A DNA stretch of 64,000 nt from Dehalococcoidia bacterium (GCA_965247255.1 CBDFGS010000007.1:48216-112215), one strand, 5' to 3'. Positions 8,662 through 17,420 are shown, counted from the first letter of the stretch. Numbers and translations are program-made. The notes: a model not told the origin generated them from the letters alone.

Positions 8662-10088
8662 TCGTCCTTCAGGTACTTCCGCCAGCGTGTCCGGAACGGG
8701 GAAGATGAGACTCGTGGGAAGGTCCTGTATCTGGTCCAACCTGAGAGGGGCGGTGGAAGCCGGGTTATACGTCCGCGCCGCAACAGTGGCAGCTGGGCCA
8801 GCCGCCCCAACCGGTTCGCCAGCGCGAAGCTGAAGCCGGTGGACACGCTCCCGCGCCACGCCTTCATCGCTAGCCTCTCCAAGAGCGAAACGCGCCTCGC
8901 GTCGGGGCGTGTCTTCCCCTCGGCCACCTCACTACGAAGGTGGAGCAGCATCCGAGGTATGTTGATCTTGACCGGGCAGACCTCGCGGCAGGCCCCGCAG
9001 AGGCTCGAGGCGAACGGGAGGTCTTTAGCGTCGGCGATGTCGGTAAGGACGGGCGACACCACAGCACCGATAGGGCCCGAGTAGACCCAGCCGTACGCGT
9101 GGCCTCCGACTTTACGGTAGACCGGACAGGCGTTGAGACACGCGCCGCATCGCACGCAGTAGAGCGCCTCCCGGAGCTCCGGATCGGCCAGGAGGCGGGA
9201 CCGACCGTTGTCCACGATGACCAGGTGGAACTCCTCGGGGCCGTCCTCCTCGTCCGAGGCGCGCGGCCCGTTGATGAGACTCACGTAGCTGGTTAGCCGC
9301 TGTCCGGTCGCCGATCTGATTAGCAAGCGCAGGAAGAGCCCGAGGTCCTCCATCGAGGGGACCAGCTTCTCCATGCCCATGATCGCGACGTGTACCTTGG
9401 GCATGGAGGTGCACATCCGCCCGTTGCCCTCGTTCGATACCAGCACCAGCGTTCCCGTTTCGGCGACCACGAAGTTGGCCCCGGTGATGCCCATCTCCGC
9501 GCGGATGAATTTGTCCCTGAGCTGGCGGCGCGCCTCGCCGGCTAGGTCTGAGATCGAGTCGTATGCCGGCGCTTGCAGCTTGCGCTGCATCACGTCCGAT
9601 ACATCCTCTTTGGACATGTGTATGGCCGGCGCAATGATGTGGAACGGAGTCTGCTCGGCCAGTTGGAGGATATACTCGCCCAGGTCGGTCTCGACAGCTT
9701 CGACCCCCTCGGCAGCCAGGATGCCGTTGAGGCCCATCTCCTCGGAGATCATCGACTTGCCCTTGATGGCGGTCTTGACCCCGTGCCGCCGGGCCAGGTC
9801 ACTGACGTACCCGTTCGCCGCCGCCGCGTCCGTCGCGAAGAAGACTTTGACCCCGGCGGCCGTCAGCTTCTCGTAAGCCATCTCCAGGTAGTGATCGAGG
9901 TTCTCGATCGTGTGGGCCTTGATCGCGCGCGCCCTCTCCCGCATCTCCTCCCAGCCCGGCGTAGCTTCGGCAGCCTCGATTCGCGCCTGGTTAAACCCCC
10001 CATAGAGGCCATTCAGATTGGCCTGCACACGAGGGTCCGCGAGCGTCGAGGCGGCGACTTTCCGAAACTCTTTAGTCTTCGGTTCCAT
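8658..10088 (-). CDS. lutB: Lactate utilisation protein B (Fe-S, LUD domain)
   Basis: 476 aa. Two 4Fe-4S-type cysteine clusters (CVRCGACLNACPVY; CGACREVCPVKI) plus a LUD domain. Confidence 0.85.
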   Translation of the reverse strand: MEPKTKEFRKVAASTLADPRVQANLNGLYGGFNQARIEAAEATPGWEEMRERARAIKAHTIENLDHYLEMAYEKLTAAGVKVFFATDAAAANGYVSDLARRHGVKTAIKGKSMISEEMGLNGILAAEGVEAVETDLGEYILQLAEQTPFHIIAPAIHMSKEDVSDVMQRKLQAPAYDSISDLAGEARRQLRDKFIRAEMGITGANFVVAETGTLVLVSNEGNGRMCTSMPKVHVAIMGMEKLVPSMEDLGLFLRLLIRSATGQRLTSYVSLINGPRASDEEDGPEEFHLVIVDNGRSRLLADPELREALYCVRCGACLNACPVYRKVGGHAYGWVYSGPIGAVVSPVLTDIADAKDLPFASSLCGACREVCPVKINIPRMLLHLRSEVAEGKTRPDARRVSLLERLAMKAWRGSVSTGFSFALANRLGRLAQLPLLRRGRITRLPPPLSGWTRYRTFPRVSSSPFRTRWRKYLKDE

Positions 10089-10100
10089 AACCTAAATCAT

Positions 10101-10128
10101 CACCGCCGAGCACGCGGAGTCCGCCGAG
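10101..10128 (+). repeat. 28-nt interspersed element CACCGCCGAGCACGCGGAGTCCGCCGAG (copy 1)
   Basis: 26/28 identical to 17437-17464 in the same orientation. It lies in the lutA-lutB spacer. Confidence 0.75.
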
Positions 10129-10146
10129 ATCGCATTGAGAACGTAG

Positions 10147-10944
10147 TCATGCCTCAGCGCTCTCTCGGCGTTGAATCTCCATCGCCTCGTCGAGGAGCTG
10201 CGCCAGGTGCATTGGGCGAATATCGATGCCGTTCCTATCCAGGCCGCCAGCGATCTGCATCAGGCAGCTACTGTCGCAGGCGACGACCGCGCTCGCGCCG
10301 CTCATCTCGATGCTTCGGACCTTGTCCTTCAGCATCGCCCCCGAGATATCAGGGTACTTCACCGAGAAGGTGCCTCCGAAGCCACAGCAGACGTCAGCCT
10401 GCTCCATCTCCACGAGCTTCACGGCAGGGGTCGCGCCGATGAGGGCCCTTGGCTGGACGGTGGCGCCGAGCTCACGTCTGAGGTGGCACGACTCGTGGTA
10501 AGCAACTTCGAACTCGGCAGGCCGACCCGGCGGCTCTTCGCCATCGAAGGGGTCGCTGATTCCCAGTATGTCGACGATGAACTCGGACAGCTCGTACACC
10601 CGGGACCCCAGCTCGCGCGCCTGGTCCAGTAGCTCTGGGCTGTCGTGCAGCAGATCCTGGTAGAAGACCCTTACCATGCTCGCGCATGACCCGGACGGAG
10701 TCACGATATACGGAGAGTCTCGAAACACGTTGAGGAAGCGCTTTGCCAGCGGCTCGGCCTCGCTCCAGAATCCCGAGTTGAACGCGGTCTGGCCGCAGCA
10801 GGTCTGGTCCGATGGGAAGTCGAGGTCCGTTCCCAGCCGGCGCAGAACTCGCACGGTGCTCTCGCCCACCTCGGGGTAGAACTGGTCTACGATGCAGGTA
10901 ACGAAGAGCGACGCCTTGACTCGCGCGTGCTCTCCACCGCTCAA
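10147..10944 (-). CDS. lutA: Lactate utilisation protein A ((Fe-S) oxidoreductase, CCG domains)
   Basis: KASLFVTCIVDQFYPEVG and two CCG-type motifs (DQTCCGQ; ADVCCGFGG). The start is tentatively the TTG at 10944, which overlaps the stop of the upstream small ORF (TTGA). The maximal ORF runs to 11052. Confidence 0.8.
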   Translation of the reverse strand: MSGGEHARVKASLFVTCIVDQFYPEVGESTVRVLRRLGTDLDFPSDQTCCGQTAFNSGFWSEAEPLAKRFLNVFRDSPYIVTPSGSCASMVRVFYQDLLHDSPELLDQARELGSRVYELSEFIVDILGISDPFDGEEPPGRPAEFEVAYHESCHLRRELGATVQPRALIGATPAVKLVEMEQADVCCGFGGTFSVKYPDISGAMLKDKVRSIEMSGASAVVACDSSCLMQIAGGLDRNGIDIRPMHLAQLLDEAMEIQRRESAEA

Positions 10945-11186
10945 AAGGCAAGGCCCCGAACGACGAAGCCGATGAGCCAGCTCATGATGAACACGGGTCC
11001 CGCTGCGAACAGGCGGCCTTCTTCGGACCGCTGAGCGGGACCGTGACGCCACAAATACACGAGGAAAGCGCCGATACCGGCTGCCACCAGCCAGACGGAG
11101 GCGGTGGTCACGCCCAGGGCAAGCCCGATCACCAGACCGGCGACCGCCCAGGGGATTGGAGAATCGATGAGTCGCGTAAGGGACAT
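10941..11186 (-). CDS. Small membrane protein (about 81 aa), hypothetical
   Basis: MSLTRLIDSPIPWAVAGLVIGLALGV... has three hydrophobic segments. It is directly upstream of, and overlaps, lutA. Confidence 0.4.
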   Translation of the reverse strand: MSLTRLIDSPIPWAVAGLVIGLALGVTTASVWLVAAGIGAFLVYLWRHGPAQRSEEGRLFAAGPVFIMSWLIGFVVRGLAF

Positions 11187-11258
11187 CGCTGATACCTGCC
11201 GCGAGAAAGGATACATTGCGGCCCAGCCCTCTGCAACGGCCCGACTTACTGCAAGGGG

Positions 11259-11774
11259 CTAAGGCAGATCCCGGCGACGGCTGTTGGCTTCGCTCTTGCC
11301 GTCCGGTGTGAGCTGTTGAATGCCGCGACGCGGGATCGTTACCAGCCCACGTTGTGTGAGGTCAAACAGCCTCCAGTTGCAGTTCTTTCTCCATCTGGCT
11401 TCGCGAGCCACGCGAAGAAGTGCATGATCATCCGCGGTGAACTGCTTTCCCCAACGGCCTTCGATGTAGTCGAGTATCTCGGCTCGTGAAGCACTACCAC
11501 CGAGTTCGGACAGAGCGATCAAGACAAGACTCTCCGATCGATGACGGTCAACCCAACCGGAGCTTCCACGGGGCCCGAACTGTCTTTTGCGAGGGTGCCC
11601 GTCACGCAACGGACCAGCAACTTCCGTGAATTCTCCTTCATTGTTATGGCTACCCACTTTGTGAGGTTCAGCTCGGACCAACGGGCCTAGGATATCCATC
11701 AACTCACTCTCGGTAACTACACCACGACGGGCCATGTCGGCGAGAACCTGAATAGCTTTGCTAACGTTTCCCAT
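11259..11774 (-). CDS. Hypothetical protein with C-terminal Mrr_N-like winged-helix domain
   Basis: 171 aa. The C-terminal half (LIALSELGGSASRAEILDYIEGRWGK..RWRKNCNWRLFDLTQRGLV) resembles the Mrr N-terminal wHTH domain. Composition is visibly more A+T-rich, and the gene has a strong RBS and promoter. Confidence 0.5.
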   Translation of the reverse strand: MGNVSKAIQVLADMARRGVVTESELMDILGPLVRAEPHKVGSHNNEGEFTEVAGPLRDGHPRKRQFGPRGSSGWVDRHRSESLVLIALSELGGSASRAEILDYIEGRWGKQFTADDHALLRVAREARWRKNCNWRLFDLTQRGLVTIPRRGIQQLTPDGKSEANSRRRDLP

Positions 11775-11812
11775 AGTGACCCCACCTCTTGGATAGCGAA
11801 CTACTTATGCGA

Positions 11813-11842
11813 AGTATAACATATAGTCTTCTTCACTGTCAA
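11813..11842 (-). promoter_or_regulatory. Near-consensus sigma70-type promoter for 11259-11774
   Basis: The minus strand reads TTGACA-N18-TATACT, followed by AAGAGGTGGGG and the ATG at 11774. Confidence 0.5.
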
Positions 11843-11979
11843 GACTTTAGTGCATAGTGGGTTCTCTCTACGTAACTAACGTGTCCCGCCAATTCATCTC
11901 ATCGCCTGCAGGCGCGATGCTTTACAATGGCTCCGCTCTCACGAAAGAGCGAGCGAAATCACACAGGCAGGAGGCGGCC

Positions 11980-12417
11980 ATGCTCGCCGGTTTCAACCAC
12001 TCGGGAATAGTCGTGAAGGACCTGGAGGTTATGGTCGGCTTCTATCGCGATGCGATGGGGCTCCAGGTCATGAGGGAGGTGGACAGCGTCGCGCCGCCGG
12101 AAGGCGATCACACCGGAATACCCGGAGCGCGCAGGAAGCTGGTCTTCATGGGCAGGCCCGACTGGGACCACCAGCTCGAGATCGTGCACTTCATCGAGCC
12201 GCCCAGCCCCGACGGCCACCTGGACAGGCACCAGCTCGGCGCGGCCCACGTCTGCTTCAACGTCGAGGGGCTCGACGACTGGCACGCCCGCCTCAGCGAC
12301 AAAGGCGCGCGATTTGTGACTAGCCCCAAGTACCGAGACACGCCCGCCGGCAGAACGGGGATATGCTACGCACAGGACCCGGAAGGAAACTGGCTGGAGT
12401 TCATCGAGCGCGCGTAG
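11980..12417 (+). CDS. VOC-family (glyoxalase/bleomycin-resistance/dioxygenase fold) protein
   Basis: MLAGFNHSGIVVKDLEVMVGFYRDAMGL and the C-terminal DPEGNWLEFIE are typical of the VOC family. The ATG at 11980 is preceded by GGCAGGAGG. The listed ORF starts at 11857. Confidence 0.8.
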   Translation: MLAGFNHSGIVVKDLEVMVGFYRDAMGLQVMREVDSVAPPEGDHTGIPGARRKLVFMGRPDWDHQLEIVHFIEPPSPDGHLDRHQLGAAHVCFNVEGLDDWHARLSDKGARFVTSPKYRDTPAGRTGICYAQDPEGNWLEFIERA

Positions 12418-12439
12418 GCTTGGTGTTGTTGGCCTAGAT

Positions 12440-12470
12440 ATCCCCCCTAGCCCCCTTTTTCAAAGGGGGG
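12440..12470 (+). repeat. C-tract/G-tract hairpin element (ATCCCCCC..CCCCCTTTTTCAAAGGGGGG), copy 1
   Basis: Related copies lie at 33400-33429, 40664-40691 and 45643-45673, with a divergent relative at 51079-51099. The CCCCCTTT/AAAGGGGG arms can pair. Confidence 0.7.
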
Positions 12471-12645
12471 AAGAGGGAGAGATGGCGCAAGCCGCTTCGC
12501 AGTCCGAATGCTTACGGCGAACGGCTAAGGGTCTATACACCGTTCGGCCTGAGCCTGTCGAAGGCCCCACGGGGTCAGTGGGGCCACTTCTGCGTCAGTG
12601 AAGTGGACGCGCTTCGAATGTAGTCAGTCGCGCGGCCGTGCGCCC

Positions 12646-13617
12646 CTACACAACCGCCATCGGGGCGGGCGCCGCTTCCACCATCGCGGGAGCGCGGTCT
12701 AGCAGCTCTCGGACACGCCGCCGGTCCTCGTCCGTCACCACGTCGTCCCGGGACGGCAGGCGGGACGGGCCTGACGGCCTTCCCGCGGCTTCCATCCACG
12801 GCTTCACGAAGATGCCCTCGCCCGCGGTTGTCTCTCTTATGCGGCCGGTGATTGCCCCATACGGGCCCATGAACTCGTCGAACAGCGTCTGCGCCTCACG
12901 GTACATCCCGGCGGTAAGCAGCTCGTGAATCTTCCAGCAGATTGGCGGATAGAAGTTCGGTACGTGGCTCACCCACGCCTTCGCGCCGAGCATGTGCCCG
13001 TAGATCGACAGCGGGCCGTTGTTGACCACCGCGACCTTTGGAACGAAGTACTTGATGCCGCTCAGGTAGTTTCCGATGGCGGGAGAGCCCCACTTCACGG
13101 CCACCGAGTTGCGGACTTCAAGTAGCTTCTCGGCCACGTCCATCGTCATATCGTACTTGGAGCCGCTGTACCAGTGGCTGTAAACGGCGAAACCAACGTC
13201 AGTGTGCTTCGCGACCTCCTGCACCCACGCAACAATGTCCCCCGGCATCACCGAGTAGTAGTAGGCGCTGCTCATCTGGACGAGGTCGATGCCGACCTCC
13301 TCGCAAAGCTGGCATAGCTCTATGGTCGTGCGGATATCCGTGCTCTGCACACTGGCGAAGGTGGGGATGCGCCCCGCGTTCGCCTCGGCGATCGCCCGGA
13401 TGGCCAGCTTGCGCTCCTCCGTGCTCATGACGGTGAAATCGCCGCCCGAGCCGACCGCGATGAACACGGTGTTACCCTGAACGGCGCCCTGATCGATGAT
13501 CCACTCAACATTCTCAGCCGTGGAGTCTGCGTCCAGCGAGCCGTCCTCCTTGAATATCGTCGCGAGCGGGATTACGACCCCATCGAGCTTCTGGCGTACC
13601 TCATCAACCGTGATCAA
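12646..13617 (-). CDS. DHDPS/N-acetylneuraminate-lyase-family (class I aldolase) protein
   Basis: 323 aa with family-typical layout (VVIPLATIF..DGSLD; FIAVGSGGDF; candidate Schiff-base Lys in SVAVKWGS). Confidence 0.8.
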   Translation of the reverse strand: MITVDEVRQKLDGVVIPLATIFKEDGSLDADSTAENVEWIIDQGAVQGNTVFIAVGSGGDFTVMSTEERKLAIRAIAEANAGRIPTFASVQSTDIRTTIELCQLCEEVGIDLVQMSSAYYYSVMPGDIVAWVQEVAKHTDVGFAVYSHWYSGSKYDMTMDVAEKLLEVRNSVAVKWGSPAIGNYLSGIKYFVPKVAVVNNGPLSIYGHMLGAKAWVSHVPNFYPPICWKIHELLTAGMYREAQTLFDEFMGPYGAITGRIRETTAGEGIFVKPWMEAAGRPSGPSRLPSRDDVVTDEDRRRVRELLDRAPAMVEAAPAPMAVV

Positions 13618-13736
13618 TTTCTGCTCCTCCTCGTCGGCAATTGGTTGGGATTACCTCTCCAGATTCTTCATCGCCCTTCCTCGCGGGAAGGACACCTCAG
13701 AATGACAATATCATGATCGCAACAGACTTGCGGTGG

Positions 13737-14678
13737 CTAGCCCTTCACAGGCCAGCCGAACCCCTGCAATATCTGCCGCAGCTCGTCCATCTCCTCTTTG
13801 TTCAGCGGCTTCGACGGCGGGCGGGAAGCCCCGACGGGAAGCCCCATCAGCGCCATCAGCCCCTTCTTGACACGGGCCTGGCCGCCAGAGCGCTCGTCGA
13901 CCCTGCCCGCGTACTCGCGGAGAGGCCGGTCCACCGACTCGAATAGCGCTTCGGCCTTGTCGTACTGCTCGCTCTCCAGCAGCTCCCACACCTTCAGGTC
14001 GTGAGGGGGATACGCCTCCAATGTGAGGTTGATGTACCCACGTCCCCCCAGTCCATGGCAGCGCGCCGGGCCGCCGCCGTTGTCTATTACGCTGAATATC
14101 TCCGAGAAGTTCACCATGTCTTCGTAGTTCCCGCCCTCGGGAACGCTCCACTTAATAGACACGACCTGCTCCATATCGGCCATCTTCATGATCGTGTCCG
14201 TCGCGATGAATCCACCCCTCAGCCAGTGCGTGTGGTACACCATTATCCCTATGTCGATGGCGTCGGAGATGTCGCTGAAGTAGTCCAGCGTATCGTCCTG
14301 GCTCGGGAGGTTGAAGATGGGAGGGCAGATCTGGAGGGCGTGAGCGCCCATGTCCTGGGCGCGTTTGGCGTCCTCGATGGTCCGCTTTGTGTCCTTGTAA
14401 TGGAGGCCGCAAACGATAGCGGCCTTGTCGTCGGCCGCCTGGACGACGGTGCGGAGCAGGAACGGCCACTCGTCGTCGCTAAGCATGGGCCCCTCGCCCA
14501 TGGCGGCCGCGACCTTGATGACGGCTTGCCCCTTCACCAGCCCGTTCTCGACCCAACCCTGGGTGAGCTCGTGCATGCGGCCGTAGTCGACCTCGAAGTT
14601 GTCGTCGAACGGAGTCGGCACCGTTGCGATCGGGCCCTGTATGAGCCCTTTGATCTCGTCGCGGTTCATAGAGCGCAC
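13737..14678 (-). CDS. DHDPS-family protein, paralog
   Basis: 313 aa (IATVPTPFDDNFEVDY; VVSIKWSVPEGG). Adjacent to, and on the same strand as, 12646-13617. Confidence 0.8.
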   Translation of the reverse strand: MRSMNRDEIKGLIQGPIATVPTPFDDNFEVDYGRMHELTQGWVENGLVKGQAVIKVAAAMGEGPMLSDDEWPFLLRTVVQAADDKAAIVCGLHYKDTKRTIEDAKRAQDMGAHALQICPPIFNLPSQDDTLDYFSDISDAIDIGIMVYHTHWLRGGFIATDTIMKMADMEQVVSIKWSVPEGGNYEDMVNFSEIFSVIDNGGGPARCHGLGGRGYINLTLEAYPPHDLKVWELLESEQYDKAEALFESVDRPLREYAGRVDERSGGQARVKKGLMALMGLPVGASRPPSKPLNKEEMDELRQILQGFGWPVKG

Positions 14679-14822
14679 TCTCCGATCCGATTGTGGGTCT
14701 GAGGAGGCAGCCGAGCGATTATATCGGCGCTAAACGCGCCTCGTCAACAGAACGCGGGCGCCCAGGCGTGCCGCCTGAAGATGGTCCCGCCGGCGGCAGG
14801 TTACCCGAGGACGCTCGGCGCC

Positions 14823-15167
14823 CTACGAGCCGTACTCGTGGACCAGCGATGGAGGCGGCCCAGGAGGCGGCTGTGTCATGTCGATCCCGTGGATCTCCTT
14901 GACCTTATCTCTGAACCAGATATCGAACGGGTCGGTCGAAGCCCCCATGGATGGCATCATTGTTTCGGCATTGGGTCCCTGGACGTGAACAATCGCAAAA
15001 TCCCCCATCGGCGTCGCCTGGTGCCAGACTCGCTCTCTCGTGATTCCGTGGCGCTCTCTGGACGCAACGTACCCGTCGCGGCGGGCGCCTTCCAGCTCAG
15101 CGTTGAACTCCCGCCACGTCTCCATCTTCCCTTCCAGGATCGGCGCCGCAAACGCTACTTCACCCAT
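14823..15167 (-). CDS. Conserved-looking small hypothetical protein (114 aa)
   Basis: Coding-like ORF (MGEVAFAAPILEGKMETWREFNAELEG...) between the DHDPS and Gfo/Idh/MocA genes. No motif recognised. Confidence 0.45.
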   Translation of the reverse strand: MGEVAFAAPILEGKMETWREFNAELEGARRDGYVASRERHGITRERVWHQATPMGDFAIVHVQGPNAETMMPSMGASTDPFDIWFRDKVKEIHGIDMTQPPPGPPPSLVHEYGS

Positions 15168-15344
15168 GTCGTTTCCTCCTCGAATTTGATTTTGATCGTA
15201 CGGTATCAGCCGCGGCTAGGTAACGCAAAGAGCGTTGAGGCAATGCTCGATGAGGGGACCAACAAGCAACAGTAAGAGCCCTCACCTCAGTCCTCTCCCG
15301 GCCGCGGGAGAGGAGGAAAGGCATCGCGGGCGGTCATGAAGTTA

Positions 15345-16424
15345 CTAGCTGGCGTCAGGCCATAAGGGGAGGTGGACGGTGCGGCCGGTCTGCGCGCTGC
15401 GGGTTATCGCCTCCGTGAACTCCATATATCTGACCCCTGTCTCGAAGGTGTTCCGGGTTACGGGTTCTACCCCGCGAATTGCGTTGACAAACTCCTCCTC
15501 GACGCGCCACACGTGGACCTTCTCAGCCGGTATCGCTATCGGGGACAGGTCGCCGTCCCCCCGCCTGCCGCCATATAGGTTGGTGTCGTTATCGTCGCCC
15601 GTGTGCTGTCTCACGCCGCTCATGTCGATGTGCAGGGTGCCCTCGGTGCCGTACATCCAGAACTGGTTCGCGGCGTGACCCAGCACCTCGCTCACCCGCA
15701 TGCGCATCACCGCGCCCGAAGGGAACTCACTAAGCACCTCGACGTGGTCAGGGATGTCTACGTGACGCCGCTCCCCGGACGCGTCGGTACGGGAGTCGAC
15801 GACCACCCTCGACAGGGCCGTGACGCTGGAGACGGGCCCGAGCCACCGCATCAGACACTCGTACCACGCCCCCGTGAGCATGATGTTGTAGCCGCTGATG
15901 TCGCGGTCGTGACGCCATCCGAAGGGCGCTTCTCTATTCACGAAACCCTGGGATATGGCGACCTCGACTGAAAGGATCTCACCGAGATAGCCGTCCGCTA
16001 TCAGATCGGCAAGGGTCTGCTCGAACCTGAAGCTGAACGGCGCCGGCACCACCTGGGCCGCCAGGTGCGGTTTGGCACGCGACGCGGCCAGCATCTCGCG
16101 GGCCTCCCCCGCGTCGAGTGCGAGCCGCGCCTCGGTGAGCACGTGCTTGTCGTTCTCCAGCGCTGCCAGGACCATCGGCTTGTGTGTATAGGGCCAGGTG
16201 CCGATGCACACCGCGTCGATGTCCGGAGCCGCTACAAGGCTAAGCCAGTCATCGTAGACCTGAGGTATGTCGAAGTCGTCGGCCACGCGCTGGCTCGACT
16301 CTCGAGAGCGATTGGACACGGCGACCAGCTCGACGCCGTCGATGGCACGAAAGCCGGGGATGTGTCTCTTGCGGGTATTGCCGCCCGCGCCGATCAGGCC
16401 GACGCGGACCTGGGCGTTGGTCAT
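15345..16424 (-). CDS. Gfo/Idh/MocA-family NAD(P)-dependent oxidoreductase
   Basis: Rossmann N-terminus VRVGLIGAGGNTRKRHIPG. The start is placed at MTNAQ; the maximal ORF runs to 16454. Confidence 0.85.
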   Translation of the reverse strand: MTNAQVRVGLIGAGGNTRKRHIPGFRAIDGVELVAVSNRSRESSQRVADDFDIPQVYDDWLSLVAAPDIDAVCIGTWPYTHKPMVLAALENDKHVLTEARLALDAGEAREMLAASRAKPHLAAQVVPAPFSFRFEQTLADLIADGYLGEILSVEVAISQGFVNREAPFGWRHDRDISGYNIMLTGAWYECLMRWLGPVSSVTALSRVVVDSRTDASGERRHVDIPDHVEVLSEFPSGAVMRMRVSEVLGHAANQFWMYGTEGTLHIDMSGVRQHTGDDNDTNLYGGRRGDGDLSPIAIPAEKVHVWRVEEEFVNAIRGVEPVTRNTFETGVRYMEFTEAITRSAQTGRTVHLPLWPDAS

Positions 16425-16462
16425 GTGATACCTCTCAGATCGATTAAGCGCCACCGCAGCAT

Positions 16463-16491
16463 GGGAGGACAGGTTTGAAACCTGCCCCTAC
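16463..16491 (+). repeat. Degenerate copy of the GGGGCAGGTTTGAAACCTGCCCC palindromic element
   Basis: It shares CAGGTTTGAAACCTGCCCCTACG with 30778-30805. The left arm has lost one G. Confidence 0.7.
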
Positions 16492-16514
16492 GACGCTACA
16501 TGGGAGGCGCTCCA

Positions 16515-17420
16515 TTACGCCAGCGTCGGGTAGAGCAGGCGCCCCTGCCGCTCCGTACGGGTCCTGAACAGGTGCCCCTCGATAGTGGTCACGTACAACG
16601 TCTTGAGGTCGGCCTCTGCGAATGTGCAGTTGGTGGGGCGGTCTACCTCAAGGGGGTGTGTCTCGAGGACCTCGCCTGAAGGCGAGAAGACGTATATCAG
16701 CGGCCCAGGTCCCCCCTGCTTCCACCCGGCCGTGGCTACGATGTTGCCCTCAGTGTCCAGGGTCATCCCGTCGATGCCGCGGTTCTTGCCGAAATCGTGC
16801 AGCAGCGCGTACTCACCGAGGCTGCCGTCGCCCTTGACCGGATACCCCCGCAGTTCGCGCTTCTCGTCCGGTCTGCGGCCGCTCTGCGCTACATACAACG
16901 TCGTGTAGTCTAGCGAGAAGAGAATCCCGTTGGGCCGCGTGGTGTCGAAGGTGACGCGGTGCGTCGTCCAGGCGCCATCGGCGCCGGGGTCCACGCGATA
17001 CACGGACTCGTGGTCCAGGTCCATCGCGTCTCGCGTCTCGCTCCAGGTTCCTGCCGCCCCCTCGTAGTAAGGGTCGGTGAACCAGACCCGGCCCTGCGTG
17101 TCCAGGGCGAGATCGTTGGGGATGTTCAGGCGCTTTCCCTCGAAGCCGTCTGCCAGGACTGTGGTCGCACCGTCGAGCTCGTACCGCACGACCCTCCGGG
17201 CGCCTCCCTCGCAGGCGTAGAGCCGGCCATCGGTGGCGAACACCGTGCCGTTTGCGTTATTGGTGTTCTTACGCCATACGGTTGAGCTTTTGGCAACTGG
17301 GTCATACCGCATGATCTTGCCTGCGGGTATATGCGTGAAGAGCAACCCGCCACCGTCCCACGCCGGCCCCTCGGTAGTCCCCCCGTACGGCCCGTCCACC
17401 AGCTCGAAGTCCCAGCTCAT
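16515..17420 (-). CDS. SMP-30/gluconolactonase/LRE-family lactonase
   Basis: 301 aa (TEGPAWDGGGLLFT; PNDLALDTQGRVWFTDP; PNGILFS; GIDGMTLDTEGN) with six-bladed propeller repeats. Confidence 0.85.
   Translation of the reverse strand: MSWDFELVDGPYGGTTEGPAWDGGGLLFTHIPAGKIMRYDPVAKSSTVWRKNTNNANGTVFATDGRLYACEGGARRVVRYELDGATTVLADGFEGKRLNIPNDLALDTQGRVWFTDPYYEGAAGTWSETRDAMDLDHESVYRVDPGADGAWTTHRVTFDTTRPNGILFSLDYTTLYVAQSGRRPDEKRELRGYPVKGDGSLGEYALLHDFGKNRGIDGMTLDTEGNIVATAGWKQGGPGPLIYVFSPSGEVLETHPLEVDRPTNCTFAEADLKTLYVTTIEGHLFRTRTERQGRLLYPTLA

Noticed and set aside
12420-12645. Possible CRISPR array or tRNA in repeat-rich spacers. Spacers 25916-26222, 33103-33591 and 50761-51120 were also examined.
   Set aside because: The repeats belong to different families, are not regularly spaced and have no uniform spacers. 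No cloverleaf with a GTTCRANYC T-loop context was found. I found no rRNA-like or tRNA-like sequence anywhere in the window by eye.
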